Below are positions 22,873 to 32,817 of a DNA stretch of 64,000 bases, one piece after another. The notes beneath the pieces are model-generated. The model was not told the origin of the DNA, made no database searches, and saw only the letters and a program-made list of their open reading frames with translations. The position numbers and the translations under genes were made by a program. Positions within the stretch are counted from its first letter, which is position 1. Each line of letters opens with the position of its first letter. This DNA is from Minutocellus sp. GHC0000111 (Eukaryota): the NCBI GenBank assembly GCA_977018835.1, contig OZ361259.1, positions 124,001 to 188,000 on the forward strand. Reading direction: 5' to 3'.

Positions 22873-24516
22873 CTATTTATTAGAAGGATGACGAGCTGAG
22901 GGCTCCATCCCCTTGGCCGTTTCGTTGAAGTCGATCCTAATTCCAGTGTGCAAGTTTTCGTCACCCAACCTTCCAACAAACTCATTGCTACCACCGGCCT
23001 TAATCACCAGGCCCATTATCCTCCAGTACTGAATGAAGGCCGAAGCAATTTTGCAGTTAGGCATGCTATCGTAAACGTCCTCGGCAGTGTCCCAGATCTG
23101 GTCGGTGGAAATGACGGAGGTGCCTACCATTTTTCGTGCCCATTCCGAGTGCCGCCGGCTCATCGCGGGGAACACGCTCAAGTCAAGGACGTTGGCGTGA
23201 GGCATCTGCGGTGCCTGTGGCTGCCACGTCCAGCCTTGCTCAGCACAGAAGTTAGTAACAAATTGCGTGAAGGTTCCGTCCTCGTGAGGCCCGGCCTGGT
23301 CGCCCTGGATAATAACATGGCAATCTTCGTATTGCTTGCCCGGACCGACAAGGTTGAGAATCGCTGGGAAAATATTCTCCTTGAATACGAGGAGCAAAGA
23401 GCATTTCGGATCCTTTTTGGTGCCTTCGTTCGATCCAGTAACGCAACAATCAACAAGAAACGACTCTCCTTTCCGGCGAAGAGGTTCCTTTGGTGTCCCA
23501 TCGGGGTTGGTATTTGGGTACCGTATTGAACCATCAGGCTGTGATACTGCTTCGCACTGAGCTCGCTCCGCTATTTTAGGAGCTTGAGCTCGTACCAGTG
23601 GCAGTTTTACAACCTCGCACCCACTCTCAAGAGAACCGTCAAAGACAGCGGCAACAAATGCAATGGCCATGACCTTGTTGATGTGGCTCCTGTGAAAGGC
23701 CGCGTAATCTCGCTTTTTCACGCCGATTTCCTCGCAAGCCTTCGCAAAAGCTCGGAGGACGAGACCCCAGAACCATTTCTCATCGTAATGCACGAGGAGA
23801 ACTCGCTTCTTTCCATTCGGTAAATTGCCGTTCTCATCCTTCATTTTGTTCCTTTTCTTCTCGGCATCGGCCATGGCCTTTTCATCCTTCCGCTTTTCTC
23901 GTTTCAAGGTGTCCCTTAGCCCTTTCAAAGCCTCCTCTGCAGCTTTGTATTGCGCTTCGGCCTCAACCAGCAGCACATCCAAATTCTTCTCGGTCGATCC
24001 ACCAGAATTGGCGGTGCCGGTAGCAGAAACACCGACACTGGCAGGATTGCCAGATTCTTCACTGTTGCCGCTTCCATCCACCACCATGGACTCGGCGATG
24101 CCCCCAGCTTCGATATTATCATCACCAGGACGAGCAGCGATACCAGCATTGTCCTCGACCGTCGGCTCAGGGCTGGCATCGGCGTTATTGGATGACGAAT
24201 TGCGCCGAGCAATTTGAATTTGAGAAATCGGCACATCTTCTGCCGGATCAGGACCGGTCTGGCTCGGACAGCACAGCTCCTCCTCTCGGGCTTGCTCCAT
24301 AACATCCTGCTGTTTCTGAAGTGAGAGGCCCGCCCATGCCCGGTTCGCTATGGTCTGGATCATCCCAGGAGACTTGCCACGAATCGTAGAGGCATCGATG
24401 GTGCCGCTCCGATGGACAAAATAATCAAAGCATGGGATGGAGCTGCCGGACCGACGGGAGCGGCGACATGCTGGCGCATCAGCTGCGGTGGCAGCAGTAG
24501 TAACAGCCATTTGCAT
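22873..24516 (-). CDS. Mariner-like DD38D transposase, copy 2, intact 547 aa
   Basis: HYDEKWF, HINKVMAIAFVA, KENIFPAI, QGDQAGPH, QAPQMPHANVLDLSVF resemble plant mariner (DD39D) motifs. Confidence 0.9.
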   Translation of the reverse strand: MQMAVTTAATAADAPACRRSRRSGSSIPCFDYFVHRSGTIDASTIRGKSPGMIQTIANRAWAGLSLQKQQDVMEQAREEELCCPSQTGPDPAEDVPISQIQIARRNSSSNNADASPEPTVEDNAGIAARPGDDNIEAGGIAESMVVDGSGNSEESGNPASVGVSATGTANSGGSTEKNLDVLLVEAEAQYKAAEEALKGLRDTLKREKRKDEKAMADAEKKRNKMKDENGNLPNGKKRVLLVHYDEKWFWGLVLRAFAKACEEIGVKKRDYAAFHRSHINKVMAIAFVAAVFDGSLESGCEVVKLPLVRAQAPKIAERAQCEAVSQPDGSIRYPNTNPDGTPKEPLRRKGESFLVDCCVTGSNEGTKKDPKCSLLLVFKENIFPAILNLVGPGKQYEDCHVIIQGDQAGPHEDGTFTQFVTNFCAEQGWTWQPQAPQMPHANVLDLSVFPAMSRRHSEWARKMVGTSVISTDQIWDTAEDVYDSMPNCKIASAFIQYWRIMGLVIKAGGSNEFVGRLGDENLHTGIRIDFNETAKGMEPSARHPSNK

Positions 24517-25867
24517 TAATATGGTGTTGGATGCAGTGTTTTGTGGCAGTAGAGCAACAGTTTGTATGTCGGGTGGGTTGGAAATGAGGAAGGTTTCATT
24601 GAGTGGCGGGCGCGCCGGGAGGGTGATGATTTTTTTGGCCCGCTCGATTTTGGCGCGGGGTCACCCGGACCGCATGAGACACGCCATCATGGGGACCATG
24701 GAGACCGACATCGGAGCTCAAACCATGTGGCTGCTTGAATCAATGCATTTGGGAGGTGGTGGTGGGGTCGGGAGGTGGAGGAGGTGACCGGTTGTCATCG
24801 GAAAAACTGGCAGAAGTCGGGAGGGGCGATGGATGGGGTGAGTCGGCCAGACGCTGGCATGGGAAGATGAAATCGACATCTCCGAGTCGGTCCAAGGTCA
24901 AGGACCAACCCGTTCTGGAGACATGCCACGCTTATCCCTTGCGTGAAGCGGATGCCGTCGGCACTGCCGTCACCACCATCTTGAAGACAGGACGACAGCA
25001 AATAAATGCTGCTTGCTGCGTGCGTTTGTGCTGATTTTTATGAGACTTTGCCCAAAGACCCGAAAACCGGGTCCCTGAAACTGCTGCTGTCCGCGACCTC
25101 GCATCTTGGACCATTTCGGCTTGCTGTTGTTGTTGCTGGCGTCGTCGTCTTTGCCATCACCGGCTGCCACAGCTCTCACATCGACGGCGTCGTTCTCGGC
25201 CTCGGCGATGGAGTCGTGCCCGCTGGACCGGGTGCTGCCGCTCCTCGATCGGATGCGTTCATTGCTGTTGTTACCACTAGCACTGGTGCTTGCAGCAGCA
25301 TTGTTGGCGAGTCCATTGGGAACATCGGCATCCTGCCGAAATCGAACGACGTTGTTCGAGCGCGACGACGACGACAACGAAGGGCCGTCCTCGACCCCGC
25401 CCAGGCCCGACATCTCCGACATGCTGGACTGGAGGGATTGGCCGCCGACGACGGTGCCCGGGGAGGAGGCCGAGCTGGCGGCATGAGTGTGCGTGTGCGA
25501 AGGCGCCAACACGTCATCGGTCGTCTTGGATCGTTTTCGTGTTGCTGGCATTGGTGTTGGAAGATGGCTCCTGTCGTGCCACCGGCGCCGAATCGAGGCG
25601 TCGGCGCATCATGTTGCCGCGGCTATAGAGATGTTGGCTGGTCTATTGTAGGAAAGGAGCAGCGGCAAGGGGCTGGAGGGTTTGAAGGTTGGGTTGACAC
25701 GCCGCCGCCGGGAAATGCCGGAATTGAATGCATTGCTATCCGTACGTACCTAGTACGTAGCAAAGTCGCGTCATGATGATGTGAGCGAAATATCGCAAAA
25801 TAAAATAAAAACCCTCCCTCCGCCGAAAATCATCCTGCCATCAAAGTAGGAAGTCAAAACAAGCACC

Positions 25868-26356
25868 ATGGCCGAAATGATCCCACCCCCCGAGTGGGGA
25901 TCCGGCCCCAACAACCCCAACCCTCCCGCCTACCTCCTTCGGGGCTACGCCGAGAGACGCGCCGAGGCCTCCCGCAAATGTCCCGCCACCGTCGCCGCCC
26001 TCCAAATCGTCGGCGTCCTCGTCGTCTTCATCCTACTCGGATCGCTCGCCGTGGACCACCTCGACGTCCTCGTCCACGCCATCAACGTCCATCATCTCCT
26101 CGGCATGCTGGTCCGCTACTCCCTGTGGTCGGCGCAGGTGTTCGACATACTGGTGGTTCTGGTCGGGAATAGGCTCTGGACCTACGTGCCCTTCTACGGT
26201 TACGGCCACAACCGCCATCGACCGCCTCCACACTGGTACTACCATTTCTGGAAGCCCAACCTGCTGGCATTGTTCATTATGCACTTTTTGGTCCTGCCCA
26301 CCATCCTGCCCCACATCCTTGCTGCCATCATGTACCTCACGAGCGAATGGGAGTGA
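25868..26356 (+). CDS. Hypothetical membrane protein (162 aa)
   Basis: GC3-rich ORF with about three hydrophobic segments. Confidence 0.65.
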   Translation: MAEMIPPPEWGSGPNNPNPPAYLLRGYAERRAEASRKCPATVAALQIVGVLVVFILLGSLAVDHLDVLVHAINVHHLLGMLVRYSLWSAQVFDILVVLVGNRLWTYVPFYGYGHNRHRPPPHWYYHFWKPNLLALFIMHFLVLPTILPHILAAIMYLTSEWE

Positions 26357-26617
26357 TTGTTGTATCATCATCATCATCATTGTTGGAGAATGGATTGTAA
26401 GGTAGCATTGGTTTGGGAGTCATATGAGATCGTGTACATAGGAATAGTGCAATATTGGCGTCTTCATCTCCGTTTTCTTTACAAAAGGCCAAGGCCAGCA
26501 ATTGGATTTAGTATCATCAACAATGTATATAAATAATTGCAAAGCTTTGCCGTTGAAGCGTACATGAACAACAGCATACTCTACATGTATCAGTCACAAG
26601 TATGTATTGCATGTTCA

Positions 26618-27531
26618 TTAGTCCCTCTTCCCACGCCTTGCGGTCTTGCCACCCGCCTCGCTCGATTCAATCCGCCGTTGCCGATTTGCCGCCGCCGCGC
26701 TGCCGCCGTCGTCCTCCGACCCCGCCATCTCCCCGAACAGATTGCTAAAGGCCTTGGTCGGGTCCGTCATCATCTGATTCTGCGTCGCCATCTGCTGCCG
26801 CATCTGCTCCCGCTGCTCGTCGTCCAGACCCTCCATCATCTTGGGCATGAAGGCCATCAGCGCGACCGATACCTGGTCAATTGGTTCATTGGTTTTTGAG
26901 AGGATGCGAAATAATTGAAAGGGTGTGAGGGAAATGAATATCGACTCTCCGACATACGTACGCCGACACGATTCCATGTACAACCACACGCTCTGCTCTC
27001 GCTTCCACTATTCTGTCCACACCACCCCTCTCTCTTCCATATTCTACGTACCACCATCATGAGGACCATTGGATTCTTGAGCAACCGCAGCGGGTTGAAT
27101 CGTGGCTTGGGCTCAAAGTATTGGTATTGCGCCAGCGCCGTCAGCTCCAGCGGGTACGACACCACCGCCTTGGCGGCTCCCGCGTACGCGTATTCGATGC
27201 ATTTCGGTTCCATGTTAATCTCCTGCTTGAGCTGAATCTTGACGGTGGGATAGTGATGGACGTGGCTGTGCACGTTCAAGGCGTGGACGCCGGGTCCGAC
27301 CCGATGAAAGACGAAGGCCCCGTCCGTCTGGGAGTAGGTGGCAAATTCCCCGTCGTTGAGGGTGATGCGCGTGGTGTTGGTCAGGGGTTCGCCGGAGGAG
27401 AGGAGCAGCTTTCCCCGGATGGGTACCGTCGCCGGTGGTTCGCCCTCTCCGTGCACGCCCGGCAACAAGGAGAAGAACACCGGCACGGCAAGGGCCAGGC
27501 TGGCCAAGAAACGATAGGGGTCGACCGTCAT
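26618..27531 (-). CDS. EMC7: ER membrane protein complex subunit 7, 2 exons (27531-27052, 26872-26618)
   Basis: Signal peptide, DGAFVFHRVGPGVHALNV, YFEPKPRFNPLRLLKNPMVLMM|VSVALMAFMPKMM; GTACGT...CAG intron. Confidence 0.88.
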
Positions 27532-27672
27532 GGTTGGGTGGTTGGTTTGAGGGGCGGGCCTTGGGTTGCCCACTCACAGTCGAATGAGTCAAATGACACT
27601 GTAACCATGCACGCACGCGTGGCGTGCTGGAACTTCGTCGATTGCTTCACCGCTCATTCTTCACGTGCCACC

Positions 27673-28995
27673 ATGCGCCTCCTACTGACCAGCCCATACG
27701 CTGCCTTGGCCCTATCCCTAGCCACAGCGGCGTCGGTATCTGCATTTGCGCCTTCTCAGTCCCTGGTATCACAAAATGCGGAAATATTAATCGCGCGTCA
27801 TCAGCATCAGCCGGCGACCACCCTCCATGCGTCGACCGAGGAGGACCAAGAAACCACAGCCGCCGCCACGCCACCCAGCACGCCGGCACCGCAGTTCAGC
27901 GGCAAGACCATCCTCCCCATGCGGGTGGTATCGCCCGGCCTCAGGGGGCACAAGGTGGCGGCCGTCTACGCCATCCTCAATTCCAGCTACAAGAAGAAGT
28001 CCGGCGGGGAGGGGTGGGAGCACTGCGAGCACGTCGGCATCACGCGCGACCTCGACGCCACCCTCCAGGCGCACGGGGCGGCGCGGGGCAAGAAGGCCGT
28101 GGCCAACCTCCGGGCTCTGAGCTTTAGCTTTCCGCAAAAGGGTGTCATGGAGGATATGGCGGCAGAGTGGAGGGAAAAGGCTGGAGAGGCCGGGGGGAAT
28201 GCTCCCACCATGGCGTGGGCCGACGATGGCAAGGTTGCCGATGGCGATGATGCCGCGGCAGCAGCAGCGGCCGAAAAGGCCAGACAAGAAGAAGAGCTCA
28301 TTCGCGTCATTGAGCAGTCGGCCATGTACGATGACGAGGATGACGACGAAGACGATGACTATTACGAGGATGACGACGAGGACAGTGGTTCGGCTGCGTC
28401 GCTCTTTGTGGACAAGACGGACCAGGCCGCGGCGGCCAATACCGGCACCGACGCAGATTCAGTAACCTCACCATTTGAGTCCGATGGCAGCAAGGTCAAT
28501 GCCAATGGCGAAGACAAGCCACTGAAATTCAATATGGAGAACGTCGACAAGGTATTGGACGAGATTCGACCATATCTGATTTCCGACGGAGGCAACTGCC
28601 GAATCGACAGCATCGACGAGGAGAAGCAGAACGTCTACCTCATCCTGGAGGGGGCGTGCGGGTCCTGCGCCTCGTCGACGGTGACCATGCAGATGGGCAT
28701 CCAGCGGGTGCTCAACGAGAACTTTCCCTACTTTGGCGAAGTGGTGCAGGTGGAGGATCCCGATCTGGTCGATGCCAAGCCGACGGAGCTGACGTTGGAG
28801 GCGGTGCAGTCGGAACTGAACCGGATCAAGCCGGCCATATTGGCCATGGGCGGGAGCGTGGAGATTGTATCGGTCGATACCGAGCTGGGAGTCGTCAAGC
28901 TCAACTTTCGTGGATCGAACAAGGTGAAGCAGGGGTTGGAGTTGGCCATCCGAGACGTGGAATTCGTCAAGCATGTTGAGTTTGAGAGTCAATAG
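27673..28995 (+). CDS. Plastid NFU-type Fe-S cluster carrier with N-terminal GIY-YIG-like domain
   Basis: Signal peptide plus VSAFAP; VYAI...HVGITRDL; NFU domain VLDEIRPYLISDGG...GACGSC; second degenerate NFU domain. Confidence 0.88.
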   Translation: MRLLLTSPYAALALSLATAASVSAFAPSQSLVSQNAEILIARHQHQPATTLHASTEEDQETTAAATPPSTPAPQFSGKTILPMRVVSPGLRGHKVAAVYAILNSSYKKKSGGEGWEHCEHVGITRDLDATLQAHGAARGKKAVANLRALSFSFPQKGVMEDMAAEWREKAGEAGGNAPTMAWADDGKVADGDDAAAAAAAEKARQEEELIRVIEQSAMYDDEDDDEDDDYYEDDDEDSGSAASLFVDKTDQAAAANTGTDADSVTSPFESDGSKVNANGEDKPLKFNMENVDKVLDEIRPYLISDGGNCRIDSIDEEKQNVYLILEGACGSCASSTVTMQMGIQRVLNENFPYFGEVVQVEDPDLVDAKPTELTLEAVQSELNRIKPAILAMGGSVEIVSVDTELGVVKLNFRGSNKVKQGLELAIRDVEFVKHVEFESQ

Positions 28996-29042
28996 CAGCA
29001 GTCTCGGTGGTATTTTCTTAAAACATAGATTCTCTAGAGCCA

Positions 29043-29136
29043 CATTCATCGCAACCATTCTCCGCCTTCAAGCTATTGCCCTCACCGCTGCTTGTTATCG
29101 TAGCAGCGCATCATTCGTCAAGATTGTTTCCCCAAC
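29043..29136 (+). repeat. ~95-bp dispersed direct repeat, diverged copy of the dUTPase upstream region
   Basis: CATTCATCGCAACCATTCTCCGCCTTCAAGC...GTTATCGTAGCAGCGCATCATTCGTCAAGATTGTTTCCCCAAC, similar to 56034-56130. Confidence 0.88.
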
Positions 29137-29460
29137 ATCTACTGACATGCACGCAGGCTACTTTGCAACTTTTGGCAACAAACGTGCAAACGCAAGCGGA
29201 TGCAGTCCGCTGCTTTCATGGGTTTCCAAATGACTATGAGAAGACGCCTGTGAAAAATTCAACTCTCCGCGCCTCGCTCAATGCATCTTCAATGCGACTT
29301 GCTTGACACAATAGCCCCTGAGACATTCAGCTCTGCCCCGTCCTCTTGACTTGCTGACCGCAAATGCACGCCAGCTCAGTCCGCCTGTCGAATCGAACCC
29401 ACGCACAGTCTAACGAACGCCTCAACCGGCAATTACAAATCGATCCCTACTGCACTTCAA

Positions 29461-29492
29461 CTTGCTGACTTGCTGACTTGCTGACTTGCTGA
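29461..29492. repeat. (CTTGCTGA)4 octamer repeat
   Basis: Four units; eight in the duplicate. Confidence 0.92.
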
Positions 29493-29592
29493 CTTGACTC
29501 GCGCATTACTTATTTGCTTGGGAGTTCGAGGATTTTTTGCTCATTTCGCTGCATCGGTACTTCGCAGCAAGCCTGGCACAAAGGATTTTATC

Positions 29593-32500
29593 ATGGCCAA
29601 TCCCGCCCGTTCCGTTCTGCATGCATTGTTGTTGACCTACCTCTGCGTGGGGTCTGCGTTTTGCACGGATGTAGAAGGCGACCAGCCGCGGCGACACATG
29701 CTTCATGCTGGGCCGTCCGTCGCCCAAACCGAATGTTATGCCGACCTCGTCGATCCCGACGATCCGACCAGTTTGGGTTATTATCGTGCCCTGGCCGACT
29801 ATCTCGATACCACATCTGCCCCTCATCCTGGATTGGGAAGGCTCGAACCCGTGCCGGCCGGATTTCCAGCCGTCGCAGACACAGCAGCAGGAAGCGGAAG
29901 CGCACCGATCAACGGCCAGGATCGCGACGTTCATCTCCTTCGCATCTCTGCTTTGTACGCCTTTCTCAAAACCCAGACAAATTCCACCACGGGCGAGACG
30001 TATTTGGAAAGACATCGTACCAACCGGATGGAGACTGCCGCCTCGTTGCTCCTTGCTGTTCAGCACTTCAATACCGGAAATGGCGCCGTTGTCAAGGAGA
30101 TCGAGGGCATTGACCAGACTTGTAGTGTGCGGCTGGTGGCGGACTTCCACGAAAGCGAAACCAATACACGTATGGCTGTGGATCGGCTTGCCAAAGACAT
30201 TCTGCTGTCCGACACAACCTCGACACCGGAGCTTGACGACGAAGGCACCGAAGATGCACTCTCCAAGAACAGTAAAGAAAATACAAAAACGCGCAACCCG
30301 ACCACTGTCGTATTTGGAGATTTTCGTTCCTCCATTACCATGCCACTGGCATCGCTCAATAGTGTGTACGGCGTTCCGCAGGTATGTGCGACCTGTACGA
30401 CGACCGATTTGGACGATCCGAACCAGTTTCCGCTATTCGGTCGATATGTGCCCAGTGATGCCGGTACGGCAATGGCCGTGGTGAGCTTTGCCCGGCAGCG
30501 AAATCGGGAGGCCAATGGTGGACCGGAAGAGGGAGGGGAAGATTTGCGGTTTATCGGTGTGCTTTATCGCAACGATGCCTTTGGAACTGCATACTACTTG
30601 GCCATTAAGGATGCCTTTGAATTTGCAGAAGAAGATGGGCAAGAGGACGCCGAGGGTGGCAACAATGATGGTGAAGAAGGCGTCGTCGATCAGGCTTTTG
30701 ACGATACCTTTCGCCGTGCCCAGGGCTTTCACTACGACTACACAAACACCGATGATATTGACCGAGCTGTCACCGCCCTGGCGCGAACGGGATATCGACT
30801 TTTTGTTGGCGTCTTTTATTCCTCCCATTATGAGTACGTGATGGAGTCAGCCTTCCGTCATGGAATTGCAGGCCCCGGCTTCGTCTGGATAATGAGCGAT
30901 GGTTTGAGTACAAAGAAAGTGTCCGATATATCCCCCCTTCCTGCTGGCTCTCCTCTGGCCATTGCATCCGAGGGAGTTGGGATTATCAAAGCCGGGCCGA
31001 TATCAGGAACAGAGACCGAGGACGGTAAAGAAACAGGTTTCGATCGGATGATTCGTGAATTCCAGAAACAAAATAAGGACCAAGTCGACTACTTGAATTG
31101 CGTCGGCCATCCGAGAACTAATTCAGAAGAGGCTCTGATATATCATCTCGCTGAAGACTCGTTCTTCCAAGAGAGCATCCCTCCTACAAGTGGATTGTTT
31201 TTTTACGACGCGGCCATTTCTTTTGGTATGGCAGCGTGCAAGTTGCTTGAGGAAAAGGGCGGCGATATCAATTCAAATGTTGATGGGAAGGAGCTCATGG
31301 AGCAATTTCTATCGCAAGAATTCCAAGGCGCTAGCGGATTTGTTTCTGTGGATCCTCCTACACATAGCCGCCGTCCAGAGACGGCTGGATTTCACGCGTA
31401 CAATGCGCAGGGCACTCTCAATCCAGCAGAGAACGAAACGAGCTTCTCAATGGATGTAGTATCTTACACCCTCTCTACCGACAGTGCTAATTATACAGAG
31501 ATGAAATGGTTGAATCGTCCCGGAAAATATTATCGGTTTTCGGATGGCACTCCAAATTTTCCTTACACGTTGCCGCGCATTTCCAACTTTGATCACAATT
31601 ACATCAGCCCCGGACTTCGTGGCACCTTCTACGTGCTCGCCTTTGTCATCTTTGGTTTGTCCATTTTCTTCTCCTGTTGGACGCATTACAATCGAAAGAG
31701 CAAGGTCGTTAGAGCTGCACAGCCACTCTTCCTCCACATTATTTGTCTGGGTACTTTTATCATGGCAGCCACTATAATTACGCTCGGGATTGATGATAGT
31801 ATTGCAACGGAGCACGGATGCTCAATCGCATGCCGGCTCAATCCTTGGTTTCTTTCGGTCGGCTTTGTTTGCGCCTTCAGTTCTATCTTTGGCAAGGAGT
31901 GGCGTATCAACAGAATCTTTCATAATCCTTCCATGAGAAGGATTACCGTTTCTGCAAAGGACGTCCTCATTCCTTGCTTCATTTTGCTGGGCTTGAATGT
32001 TCTTGTGTTGGCTCTTTGGACTGGTCTGAGCCCTTTATCTTGGGACCGTTTTATGTTGGGACGGTCGACAAGTACGGACGCCAACTCGAGAGTATCGGCA
32101 TTTGTACGTCCGAAACACGGGAATGGGCCCCGTATGTCGGAGTTCTTCTCAGTATCAATATGATCATGGTCCTTTTTGCCAACTACCAAGCATACCAGGC
32201 GAGAGGAATCTCAGTCGAATTTTCTGAGTCGAAGCATATCGCTGTAATTATGGTGGCAATTTTGCAGGCCGTTGCCATCGGTCTTCCTCTTGTTGTTTTG
32301 GTCTCGGACGACCCGATTGCTGCGTTTGTTGTTCGAGCTGGCTTGATTGGGTTTATTTGTGCAACCTTCTTGCTGGTGCTTTTTCTGCCGAAAATGATGC
32401 ATCTCAAAGACGCCAAAAAAGAAGCCGAGAAGAAGGCTGAGCGACTCGCCCGGTCCAAGGCGAGGCGCGAGGACTTCCTCAAGAGAACCAAATCACAGGA

Positions 32501-32737
32501 ATCACGTAGTTCACTGCAGTCTCACGACATTTTCTTTTCCGCGCCAATCGTCTGAGGGATCAGTCGAATCAAATTACTCTGAAGCTGGCATTGTCGTGCT
32601 TCGAAATCCCAAAGCTGACCAAGAAGAAATCATTTCTCTCAAGGCCAAGCTCTCCGAAGCTACATCAAGGGAGAAGGAACTCCGTCGCCGGATTACAGTC
32701 CTAGAGCAGAACAATGGATGTGGTGAGTTGGTCGATG
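29593..32737 (+). pseudogene. Class C (GABA-B-like) GPCR, unit A copy: frameshifted, 3' end replaced by transposase
   Basis: Signal peptide, Venus-flytrap motifs (FPLFGRYVPSD, FFYDA, FQGASG), 7TM motifs (VVRAAQPLFL, KEWRINRIF, FSESKHI, LFLPK); frame changes near 32050 and ~32460-32550; junction at 32735-32737. Confidence 0.82.
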
Positions 32738-32817
32738 AAACCTTCCTCATTTCCAACCCACCCGACATACAAACTGTTGCTCTACTGCCACAAAATACTG
32801 CATCCAACACCATATTA

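Larger units (their letters stand above)
21442..25101 (-). mobile_element. Two-ORF mariner-like transposon, copy 2 (full length, inverted relative to copy 1)
   Basis: TIRs at both ends (left TIR has an extra CAG); flanks TA (21440-21441) and CA (25102-25103). Confidence 0.93.
17149..25551 (-). pseudogene. BAR-like coiled-coil / GRAM / VASt / TM lipid-transfer protein, disrupted by transposon copy 2 and a frameshift
   Basis: Starts 25551 (MPATRK...KWSKM), interrupted 25101-21442, resumes LRSPTRGG; GRAM (SCAY...LHGRMFVT) split by intron 18529-18375; VASt (IPYADCFAVEVRW); 1-nt frameshift near 17590 before the TM/coiled-coil tail. Confidence 0.82.
9878..32734 (+). repeat. Tandem segmental duplication, unit A (~22.86 kb)
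   Basis: All ORFs recur at +22855 (at +22887 after the octamer repeat expansion); starts 500 bp inside transposon copy 1. Confidence 0.95.

Noticed and set aside
21442..25101. Element spliced out as an intron to rescue the VASt gene
   Set aside because: No consensus donor and acceptor pair in compatible phase near the ends, and the gene has a second lesion
27121..27672. N-terminal extension of the 624-aa NFU ORF
   Set aside because: Antisense shadow of EMC7; the signal peptide begins at 27673
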